NCBI GenBank assembly: GCA_047495785.1
Contig: JBLDXI010000064.1
Span: 620,001 to 684,000, forward strand
DNA from: Lepidodermella squamata
Lineage: Eukaryota; Animalia; Gastrotricha
Direction: 5' to 3'
Length of the DNA stretch: 64,000 bases
Of this stretch, positions 1 to 11,415 are shown in pieces; position 1 is the stretch's first letter, and the number at the start of each line of letters is the position of its first letter. The position numbers and the translations under genes are program-made. The notes under the pieces are model-generated. The model was not told the origin of the DNA, did no database searches, and saw only the letters and a list, made by a program, of their open reading frames with translations.

Positions 1-564
1 AGAATTTAGCACTTGTTTCTGCAGACGAATCCCGCACGCCACCAGAAAACTAGCCGTGATTCGTTGGCTCCGTTCTCTCTGCTCGAGAATTCAGTCAGAT
101 GGTAATAATTAAATATATTAGCGATATACTGTCCGACTGTCGGAGTGCTGTGGAGACCCGCGCTCATTCGGAATTCGGTTGTCTCGGCCCATCAATTCGA
201 CGACTTTTCGAATTTTTTTCATCGATACTGCTACCTAGCGCAATGACACTATGCTGCTTGTCCGATCTTAGCGATGGCCCTAACTGTCGGTTTAAAACAG
301 CGACGCACATGCATTCAAAATTTATGACAAAACATTCGTCGTAAGATCGTTGTCTTCGTCTTCGAAGCCATCATTAACTATTCATAGCATCATATGACAT
401 CGCATCTCAGTGCTGCTATTATCGGATGAATAAATCTCTGGCTCACAATGAAGATCTTCGAAAGAGTCCTTCAGATTTCTGCCTTGATAGATTAATAATG
501 CATAGGAAATTTCGTTATAAATTGTCACTATGGCCTTAAAAATTGTCCAGTCTCGAGCTTGAAC

Positions 565-3305
565 ATGATTTTCATCGCTTTGCTAGCTTTTTACAGTCTC
601 GCCTCGGCGGAAATGGTATTCCGAGGGCGATGCACGCGCCTCATGCAGACCTCGGAGTCGTTCATCACCCTCGACCTGGGCGATCTCGTGCTGAATCGCT
701 ACATCATTTTCCCAATCGTGACGGCCGAGTCTCCGGAGAACTGCGGCACTCGGTGCCTATCCTCCGGCAATCCGCCCTGCCGAAGTGCCTTCTACGAGCC
801 GTACAACAGAACCTGCGTCCTGCTGAGAGCCTCTCAAACGCAAGCGCTGGAATTCGACCGTCCCGAAGTGGCGAAACGGCCAAACCGCGGGGTTCTCATC
901 TCAGCGGCTAGCATAACCGACAGTGGCGTGACAGACCGTCTGAATGGCGTCGAAGGCTGCAAGGAATTTTGCCCATTGCCTGGTCAGACTACCGATGAAA
1001 GCGTGGCGCCGGTTTGCGTCAAGGATTGCGATGAATCAAAGTCGTATTGCGCGGGTAAAAAGACAGAGAAATGTCTCATTTTCAACTTTTTCTAATAATG
1101 TTTCGACAGGTGAGGAATCCGGCTGCGTCGAATACCCACGGCAGTCTGTATACTTGCAGTACAGCGGGATCAAGTCTGCCAGCTCAATCGCGGTAAGAGC
1201 CGTGCATCTTTAAACACTTCATACTCACTTTTTCCAATTTGAAAATAAAGTCTGGAACTTTTGTGAAACTGTACGATTTCACGCACATTCGAGTCACGCT
1301 GAATTTTCCTTGGTAAGAAACCATACAGATTTCCAACTCGAGTTCGACTCTTATGTTGTGTGTGTTTTTAGGTATTCGGGCAGCCAAGGCACTACAGGGC
1401 GAGAAGTTGCTTACATCGACGTAACCCTCGCTGGGTTGAAATGCCAAGGCGAAAGAGGGTTTGTTTTGCGATTTCCAATTCATCACTCTACGCAAAAGTT
1501 TGCTGATTCAAATTGCAGATTTGCGCATCACATCGGCAAAGACATGAAAAACATTGGAACGGATTTAACATCGAACCCGGGTCAAACTATCGCAGGTTTT
1601 CAGCCTGATTCAATTTACACGAATTTTCACAAATGATTGTTTCTTTGAAGGGGAAATGTTGTGTACGAATACTGAAATTGCGAGTGGTAGCCGAAGTTTT
1701 TCGGTAAACTTGCGCCGCGAGCAGACTCAACAGATGTCGGTACTGCTGGGGGCAACGTTCAGCAGCTACTCATCACCGGCGTTCATCTACTTCGAAGAGT
1801 TCATCCCATCGGCTTACTTCTTCAAAACAGGTTAGTGCTGCGTTGTTGATTTTCAGTGAAATACATTGGCTGACGTTGGCTGAAATTTCAGATGACACGG
1901 CGAAATGCCAGTCGGCCACTGTTTACAACACGAATTCAGCCCAATTCCAAGAATCCTTCCCTTACCAGAAAGGAGAGGTCCTTACTCCTTATGTAAGTCA
2001 AAGTCCTTATGAAATATTCAAAATTGGCATTCATCATTGTACTAAGAATGACCCATATTAGGGTGATTTTTCAGATTTTTTGTATCAATCCCGAAGTCGT
2101 AATTTTCGGCTGAGAAATTTCAAAACCCTTTAAAGTTCTGTGAATTTAATAAGCTTTGATTACAGCGCATATTGAAGTTCAAGAAGCGAAGTGACACGTC
2201 GCTGCTTCGAATTTACTGGCACGCCAAGGTGATGTTCGACGTTTACCGACGATGCCTGCGCATTTTTGCGACAATCAACGGCCGCCAGTGCAGAGACCCG
2301 GCGCCCATCCAGCAGACCTTCTACCACTGGCAGCAACATTCGAGCACTGGCTGCCGGCAAAACATAGCCGCAACGACCTTCAACCGTAAAAAAAAACATT
2401 TCAGTCACCCAAAAATCGTAATTTTCTTCATTTCAGTCGATGGCGTTTGCCGAAATTTACCAGCGGGTAAATACGACATCAACATTTTTGTGGACCAGTT
2501 GTGTATCGAATTTGGTCCAGATCTTGAGAGGTAACTATTAAGGCTCGAGACGGCCTCTAAGATAACGATTTTCTCTTAGTTACATCGAGGTTAACATTGG
2601 AAATAACCAGCCGTCGCAACTTTTGGTCGAAGAGATCCGGGAAAGCTTGCCAACTAACGGTTTGCTTCTCTCTGACGGGAGACTTGTGGATTTGCCATAC
2701 TTCAACCGCAAGTACTGGACGTTCATTGGCAGCTGTCGCCACAGCGGTGACTGCTCAGGCGGAGCGTGCCTCACTACGCCATGCGTCAATCGAGCTTTCC
2801 AGGCGTTTTCGTGGGTGAAGCTGCACGACACGTCTGCGATTCATGTCAAGTGGTACGGCGGCCAGTACATGGGCTCAGGTGTGCTGTTCACGGATGACCT
2901 TACAGATATCTTACGCTGGTACGTTATGTTCAACGGCGCCGAGTGCAGATCGCCAACCAAGATCGAGAGTCAGATGATTATGAACGCCAACTACCACGGC
3001 TTCAGAACAAGCCGGCCGACTTACGGTAAATGCTAACTGAATTCACTTGCTTATTGAAAATGAAGCTGTTGTTTAATTCTAGTCGAAGGCATTTGCGATA
3101 TGCCAATCCAAGCCGGTCTTGTCAATTTGACGATACATTACGGCGTGAAATCGAACGCCTATCCATATTTGCGTTACGAAAGCGGTGAGTTGTCTATCCC
3201 AAATTTTGAAATGTTCCTTCAATTTCGACTTTCCTCGAAACAGGAATAGGAACCGGTGGAACGTCTTACTTCATGGTCGAGGAAATATTTCCAAAACGTC
3301 TGTAA
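565..3305 (+). CDS. Secreted protein: signal peptide + PAN/apple-like domain + three tandem CTHRC1 C-terminal-like domains (12 exons, ~667 aa)
   Basis: ATG 565 (MIFIALLAFYSLASA). Exons 565-1054, 1110-1192, 1251-1312, 1372-1458, 1519-1595, 1651-1830, 1892-1992, 2166-2385, 2437-2530, 2580-3025, 3083-3184, 3244-3305 join through GT-AG introns into one 2004-nt frame. PAN-like CxxRCL...CRSAFY...C. Units such as FKKRSDTSLLRIYW..INGRQC..DGVCRNLPAG..VEEI and WVKLHDTSAIHV..RWYVMFNGAEC..VEGIC..VEEI resemble the CTHRC1 C-terminal domain. AATAAA at 3305-3310. Confidence 0.8.
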
Positions 3306-3695
3306 ATAAACGGTGATGAAATGCGACAAACTAAACTCTATCTTTTGCTTGTATTCCTTGCCAAGAATAATTTATGAGATCGATGAGTGAATCTCAAAGA
3401 AAAAAGCTTACCTTTATGCAAAATTCATGACGATAAGAAAAGGAGCGGCGGGCTACCTGTGGATACCATTAATAAAAATGACACCGTCCAAGTGCAGAAA
3501 ATTGCGAGGTATGATTTCAACATTCAGCCAATCAATACCCGCTATTGTTCTAAGCGCTAAATCGAACTTCTCTCCCTAAAGAAAAAATGATATATTTTCT
3601 CAAAGAGATTTGGGCATGAATATTTTATTAAGAAGCATCGCTTGCAAGAAGGAAAATCTGGTAGAACCGAGTTTTTGCTTCAAGTAGCTGAAAAA

Positions 3696-6600
3696 ATGAA
3701 TACGAAGCTAGCAGCGTTGTTACTGGCATGTGTGCTAAGCTATGCCTCGGCCGAAATGGTGTTCCGAGGCCAATGCACGCGCCTCATGCAGACCGTCGAG
3801 TCGTTCATGACCCTCGACCTCAGCGACGTGGTCTTCGGCCGTTACGCTATCTACCCGTACCAGACCGTGCCCGACCAGACCAGCTGTGCCACGCGGTGCT
3901 TGTCCTCACCCAACCCACCGTGCCGCACTGCTTTCTACGAACCCTACAACCGCACCTGCATCCTACTGCGAGCGACAAAGGTCCAGGCCCGGGATTTAGA
4001 CCGGCCTGAGGGCGCTACGAGCCCACTCCGGGGTATCCTGATCTCGGCGGTTAGTCTGACGGAGGGCGGGGTGACGGATCGTGGCAACGGGGTACAGGAC
4101 TGTTCCGACATCTGCCCAGCCGTGTCTGATGGCTCAGTGACGCCCGTCTGCATCAAAGATTGCGACAACTCGAAGTCGTACTGCGCCGGCGAAGAGTACG
4201 GCTGCATGGAATACCCGCGACAGGTGCTTTTCATGCAGTACACCAGTCAAGTGTGGGGCGGCAGCTTCGTCATCAAGGTAAGTAACCTCGTTCGAAACAT
4301 CTTGGGATTCAATTGTCCCCCGTGGGCTGAAAAATGAAGTGTTGATAAGCTTAAGCACTTTGGGAAATCAGAAACCAACATTGAGAAACACTTGAATCTT
4401 GCCAAAAAATTATATTTTGCTGTTGAGGATCCTGGTTACAGAATTAAACGTGATTTTGTTCGCTTAGTCTGGTAGTTTCAACAAGCTGTACGATTTCACG
4501 CATATGAGAATAACTCTCGGCTTCACTTGGTAACTCATTTAAACCCCACGTTATCCTCGTCGTCTGATCAATGTGAAAACATTAGGTTCTACTCGGGCCA
4601 GCCTACAACCGGGCGAGAAGTTGCGTACATCGACGTGACACTGGCTGGTTCGAAGTGCCTGGGCGATGCCGGCTACTCGCACCAAATCGGCAAAGACATC
4701 AAGACGACGGGCACGAGCCTTGTGTCGAGGATCGGCTTCAACATTGGCGGCGAAATGGCGTGCACGGGCGTCGACATTCCGGACGGCTCGCGGTCGTACG
4801 AAATTGCCGTGCGCCGCGAGCAGTCAGGTTCTGGGACTGTCAATATTGGCGCCGAATTCAGCACCTACAACAATCCAGCTTTCATCTACTTCGAAGAGTT
4901 CGTCCCAGCCTCTTATCTCTTTAAAACAGGTTAAATAGCCGAGATTATTCTATGATCTTTTAATTCTTGGTTTTTGAAGATGACACTGCCAAGTGCCAAT
5001 CCGCGACAGTTTACAACACGGTGGCGGAGCAATTCCAAGCCAGTGTTCCCTACACCAAAGGCGAATTGCCGACGCCTTATGTGAGTTGCCTTGCCCTTAT
5101 TCGGTGAATTGTGTACAAATAACTGATGAGAATATAAGCTATTTATGGAATATTTCATTGAAAAATTGATTTTTACGAAATTCCATTCGAATTAAATGTC
5201 AATGAGAAGATAGCAGAAAGTTTTTGGCTAGGTTCCAGGTCATCACTAGCCAATTTTACTAATTGGAAATTATTGTTTGATAAAGAATACTCTTGTTAAT
5301 GATTCCTTACCTAATTCGAGCCAGAATTCGTCGAATTTAATCGAAATATTTGCTGGAAAAAGGTTCATTTATTGAATTCGGGCCCAATGAAGGGCCCTAC
5401 CACTTTTAAAGCGTCCAAATGGGCCTAAACTCCGATAACAAAGACCTAAGCCAAATCACCACTTAATTTCATTAGCAAAAAACAGCATTTTTCGAATTTT
5501 GACTTTTCAGCAAATTCTCAAGTACAAGAAACGAAGTGACACATCGCTGCTTCGAATTTACTGGCACGCGAAGCTGATGTTCGACGTTTACCGGCGATGC
5601 CTGCGCGTCTTCGCGACTATCAACGGCCGCCAGTGCACGAATCCGGCGCCGATCCAACAGACGCAGTACAAGTGGCAGGAGCACACGGGAACCGGCTGCC
5701 GACAGGACGCAGCTGCAACAACTTTCAACCGTGAGTTTGAGCATCTTAAAATTACGACAACAATATCTAACATTCAAGAGAAAAAATCCGCGATTTTCAT
5801 CAAATCGTTATCATCCAAAACTTCTTTTCTTGCAGTTGATGGCGTGTGTCGCAATTTGCCAGCGGGCAAGTACGACATCAACATAGTCGTTGACCAGAAC
5901 TGCCCGCAATTCGGCCCCGATCTCGAGTCCTACGTCGAAGTGAACATCGGCAACAACCAACCGGCGCAGATGATTGTCGAAGAAATTCACGAGCTGCTGC
6001 CCACAAACGGCTTGCTACTCTCAGACGGCACCCTCGTTGATTTGCCGTACTTCAACCGCCAGTACTGGACGTTCACGGACAGCTGCTTGCACCCTGGCTC
6101 TTGCACGAGCGGCACTTGCATGACATCGCCTTGCATCAACGCGCCGTTCAAGGTACGTCCCATGCTTATATGGCTTCTTGAACAGGATTCCAACTGACTT
6201 TTGCAATTCAGACATTTACAGGGTGGTCGAAGCTGCACGATACGTCGGCCATCCACGTCAAGTGGTACGGCGGCCAGTACATGGGCTCGGACACGTTGTA
6301 TCCGTCGTGGACGAACATCTTCCGATGGTCAGTGATGTCTGCAGTGATGCTTTAGTGGGCTTAAAAAATGGATTCATTTGAGACGTCCCATTCATTGAAT
6401 GGATGGGCCGAAGCCATGGGACCCGAATAAGCGCTTGTTGGGGTGTCTTCATAGTGGATTAGCCTACAGGCATAATTTCTCTAGGAACCAGTAACCAGTG
6501 GCTTGGATTTTATTCGATTTAGACCCTATTTTCACTCATTCAGATTCGGAAAGATTGATTCCTGGGGAAGTGTTTTGATTGGATTGATTTTGATTTACCC

Positions 6601-7311
6601 TTGAGGATGCAATCGAAAAACCAAGACATTTCCTATTTTTTATTGAAATTTGCTTTAGAAGGGAAAAGGTAAAAGGGAAAGTGGTTTCACATTCGCTTAA
6701 TTCCATCCATTTCTGGACATTTCGAAGCACCAAGCTTCGTGAAAATCGAGATATTTCGCGATTTATTGTGATTTGATTAGTTCGATTCAGTCCTGGGAAA
6801 TTGGGACAATTATTGATTTTGATTGAAAGAAGGAGGTGATTAAATTCAAAGCTCTGCTTAGAACAGCGACTTTCCAGAGATTATTTTATTTACTGCCTAA
6901 ACAAATCGCCATTTTTCCGATTGCAGGAACGTAAAATTGAACGGCGTCGATTGCAGTTCTCCGACGACAATTGAATCGCAGATGATTGACAACGATTCGT
7001 ACCACGGCTTCAAATTCAGTCGGCCAGTTTATGGTTCGTAAAAAATTCCAACATTCCCTATAAATCTAAGTAAATTGTTTGTGATGTTGTAACAGTTGAG
7101 GGCATTTGCAACATGCCGATCGCATCTGGCCCGGTGACGTTCACTGTCCACTACAGCGTCAAGTCTGGCACTTATCCGTATTTGCAAAACGAAAGCGGTA
7201 AATTTTAATTCAATTTCCTAATGATTTTGTCTACTTTTCTTCGCATTAGGCATCGGAACGGGCGGTACTTCGTACTTCATGGCTGAAGAAATTTTCCCTA
7301 AAAATCTGTAA
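3696..7311 (+). CDS. Tandem paralog of the 565-3305 gene (signal peptide + PAN + 3x CTHRC1-C-like; 10 exons)
   Basis: ATG 3696 (MNTKLAALLLACVLSYASA-EMVFRGQCTRL). Colinear protein similarity through to MAEEIFPKNL* (TAA 7309-7311). Donors near 4278, 4530, 4930, 5080, 5731, 6153, 6327, 7033, 7198. AATAAA at 7378. Confidence 0.8.
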
Positions 7312-7406
7312 AAAACACTCCTTATACTGGACCATGTGACTTTACTCACGTAAACTCTTCACTAAAAACGACGTTTTAATAAAATGCAAAAACATATGGC
7401 TAAATT

Positions 7407-7977
7407 TTAGCCGAATCGTCGACCCGGATGTAGTTTAGCCATCTCGCCGCAAATGTACCTCGCCTCGGTTTCGTTCATTGAAAACGACATGTTGATCTAT
7501 GATGAAAGGACAATTAGCTCAATTATTAGACTTGCTTTTTCGACTACTTACCGGAATGTCATTGCCTGGACACCCAGCCGCATGCGAGTAACACTTTTTA
7601 TCGTCGCACACAACAAATGCCTGGAAAAATTCAGAGAGAAAATAATTTGATTTAATTAGATGTTCCTTAATTACGTACGTGTTCTGCTTCACATTTCGAT
7701 TTTTCCGCCCAGCTAACACGCCAGTTTTCAGGTACAGGTAGCTAGAAGTTTGTCAAAACAATGTAATGTGACAATTTTTTTCGCCGAAATGTTTGGATCG
7801 TACCTCAAATTCAGATTTCGAGCTGTCGCAGCGGCCTGATTTGCAGAAAAAATTGGCATCGCTCGCAGTTGCTTTGCAGCGATAGAAACCGGCTGCACCA
7901 TTGCTCTGCGCAAGTGCCAGGCCAATGGCGAAATGGAACAGAAACAGACAGATTGTTTCCGTGGCTGATGGTTTCAT
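7407..7977 (-). CDS. Small secreted 8-cysteine protein (131 aa, 4 exons) ending ...HPGRRFG*
   Basis: Exons 7977-7804, 7741-7679, 7620-7552, 7496-7407; three phase-0 GT-AG introns of 62, 58 and 55 nt; open frame throughout; signal peptide MKPSATETICLFLFHFAIGLALA; 8 Cys in the mature part. Confidence 0.8.
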
Positions 7978-8290
7978 GTGGGCTGTTTTTTCAAAAACGC
8001 AGGCCTTATTGATTTTGTGGCAACAATTCACATCGAGTTTTGTGCGATTGTTTGCCGACGACACATGAAGCCAACAATGGCGTGTTTTAATAATAAAAGG
8101 CGAGTCGCTTTTGTAGCTTATTATTTTGTTTACACACTTCACCTGCATTTATTTACGTGAAGTGTGAGCGCTCTTGTGTCAATGATCGGCCTGATCAACT
8201 GCGCGCTTTATGAGATTTCCTTTATACAAAAAATAGCAAACAGCGAACAAGTTAGGCTGGCTGTATTTAATCGATCTGATCCCCTGATCT

Positions 8291-9850
8291 GATCCCCGGC
8301 TTAACTTTTGGCCAATACGTCATCCTCGCTATTCTATACGCAGATGACTTGGTCCTGATGGCCGAAAACCCCGAAAACTTACAAAAGTCACTCGATGAAC
8401 TAGCTTCCTACTGTGACGACAACTCCCTTAAAATTAACGTTGAGAAAACTAAAATAATGATTTTTGAGAAACGTTTTTCCGAAAATATCAACCTAAAATT
8501 TACTCTCAACGGTGAATCTATTGAACGAGTAAAAGAATTTAAATACCTAGGCGTTTATTTCACGCATAATTTGAATTTCGACAAAATGGTGGAGGTTATC
8601 AATGCGAATACAAAACGTATAACCGCACTGATCCCGAACATGATAGAGAATTTTACTACTTATCTTCCACCGAAAACATTTAATATTTTACACAACTCAT
8701 ACGTCATCGGCAACTACACTTATGCCAGTGGCCTCTGGGGCCAGACAAAAAAGAATAAAGTTTTCTCATTTAACACCCATTTCGTGAAACAAATTTGTCG
8801 AATTCCAACCTCTGCTAGGAATGAACTAGTAAATCGCGAATTCTACCTCGACCCACCTGCACTTGTCCTCACAAAATCAGCCGTCAGGTACTTCCTACGA
8901 CTCAAGTTTGAGAACGAGCATGTGCTTATCAAAACTGCCTTTGACGTTATTGACGCAAATAAAAATCTATATCGCCATATTTTCAAACATTTACAAAGTG
9001 ATGTCGAAAAACTTGGGGGCACCAACATCTTCACCGCCACTTCTCAATTTGAGGGTTTGGCTCATCTTGGAAAGTGGTACGAAGTGTGGATAACAAACAA
9101 CAAAAAATCTATAGCTAATGATTTAAAAACTATATACCAAAATCCTGTTTTTACAGACGAAAATTTCGACAAATTGCTGCTATATTCTAATGCTCAAAAT
9201 GCTTTTTGGTCGGTGAAAAATATTAGGATACTCAGTATGATTAGGACAAACTCTCTCCATAAACCCTTTTGCTATATCAATAACTTAGGATTAAAATGCA
9301 TTTTCTGTCTTAAACATGGTGATTCGCTTGCTACGCCTATTAGAAATTTCCAAGATACTATAGATCTAATATGCCACCTCTATATTGAATGTAAATTTAT
9401 CCCGAACCACACTCCTCTAACACAACTAGCCTCGATCGATAGTATCAATCATAATGTTAATAATTTTGTCAATTCAATTATCGAATCCATAGTAACTTGC
9501 AAATCCGTCAACAATATCGCACTGCCACACATCTTAACTATAGCTTCTAACTACCGACTCGCTCTTAAATTACACGTTTACCCTAACAGTAATAACAATT
9601 AATGCGTAATTCTCCTGTCCTCTCTTTTCTGTCTTCGCCAATTTATTTAAATAATTCCCACGTCATGATCAGAACTATATGTATTATAACTTTATATTAT
9701 GTATTATAACTTATATTGTAACTATATGTTATGCACGTGTATGTATACATATATATCTGTCTGTGTTTATTATGTTCGAAAATATTCCAGGACGCGCCCA
9801 AAGCCGATGGCCGGTGCTAGTTTGCTTTTTTGATCAAATAAAACATTGCT
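8291..9850 (+). mobile_element. 5'-truncated non-LTR retrotransposon (RT C-terminal half, zinc-knuckle-like end, 3' UTR)
   Basis: ILYADDL just upstream of ORF 8349-9602; KINVEKTKIM; FKYLGV; CIFC...HLYIEC. Similar to the element at 41216-42799. AT-rich 3' UTR with AATAAA near 9837. Confidence 0.9.
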
Positions 9851-10876
9851 TGCTTGTTTCGAACATGATTCTATTTACAAGGCACATGTGGAGTTAACTC
9901 CATGCACCCTCTCTGATTAAGAAGAGAACAAGGGCCAAAGTTCAACCTTTCGAATTCACCGAAAGAGCTGTCGGAAAATGACAAAATAATGAAAATTGGC
10001 AAGTTAGAAACGCGTCTATCGAGCTTAATTTTTCTAGAGATGTATCAATTTGAAATTCGAAGCGCACTTTGTATAGCGCTGTTTCTTTTCCGGTTCTTTC
10101 CAACATGCAAATAATACACTGGCGTAGAAAACGAAAGAAATTTGTAAAATGACCTCTTCTTCGCAGACTGACTTGTTTTCCATTTTTCACGTAGTATTCG
10201 TAAGATATTATTTCGTTAGATTTGTTTCAGTATTTCTGGTTTCTAAAGTAATCCGGAATTGAATTCAGGAGTTAATAATTAATTTGAATTCATATCCTAC
10301 TTAGAGTTTTTGAGCATAGAATAGAGTGATTTTTTAATTAATTTTTTTAAATTAATTAATAGAGTTAACAGAGTAGCTGAGAGCAGCTCTGATGCGATAT
10401 CAACACCGTGTTTTTTGTGTTTTTACTACCTTCTACACTAAAAATATCGCAATAACTGTGCGTGACATTTTAGAAATTATCAGATTAACAAGTCGTATTG
10501 CCGAATTTCTCAGGTTTATTTAAATTTTCGCGATAATGACGTTTCGGCTTTAATCACCAAATACACTAGTAGGGCTTCCATCGTCATAATTTTGGTCTTG
10601 CCGCACATTCGAGGACAGTGGCTTTGAGCCTAGCTGTAATTAGTAATTAATCCCAAGACATTGCCGATTAGCTCGGGATATAGCCTGCCCTTAAATTGTC
10701 GGTTGTCATGCTGGCATAAAACCGGCGTTTAATCAGTACTGCTGAAGAGTCTGCATCCGAGCAGTGTCGAAGATGCCGGGGGGGATGCCAGGGATCATCC
10801 CTACCTCGCGGCCCGGTCGTCCCTGGCAGGGGTGGATGGCATCCCGGTCTCAGCTGGAATTCATTACGCTCGCTCG

Positions 10877-11044
10877 CTGATTGGCCAGTTTGCGTGCGCT
10901 ATAATGCGCGCGCGCGCTGATTGGACGATTTGTGCGTGCTATAATGCGCGCGCGCGCTGATTGGACGATTTGTGCGCGCTATAATGCGCGCGCGCGCTGA
11001 TTGGACGGCTTTTGTGCGCTATAATGTGCGCGCCCTGTGATTGG
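10877..11044. repeat. 40-bp tandem subterminal repeat (~4.2 copies) inside the hAT element
   Basis: Unit CTGATTGGACGATTTGTGCGYGCTATAATGCGCGCGCGCG starting at 10877, 10917, 10957, 10997; partial copy at 11037. Confidence 0.9.
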
Positions 11045-11415
11045 TGTAGTTGCTGTAGCGGAATGTATGGTGGTCGTCACCTGTGCCTAACCTGTCCCTG
11101 GCTGTCCCTATTACACACTGCTCGTCAAGCCCCGTCAGGTTTAGTCTTCCTGCTCTGAATGACTTTTAAGTGCTCTTTTTGCAGGAAATGAAAATAATTT
11201 AATGGAAAATAGAGTGAAGTTTCAAATACTTTTCCAAGAGAGTAAAAAAAATAAATGAAATGAATGAAATAAAGCAAATCGCGTGTTATTTTTTGTTGAT
11301 ATGAAATTGATTTTTAGTATTAAATCAACAGTTTTCGCGACCTGGTCATCCCTGGTTGGCTAGGGTAGCATCCCCATTTCATAAGAATTTGATTTGTTAT
11401 TGTTAGGTTGATTAT

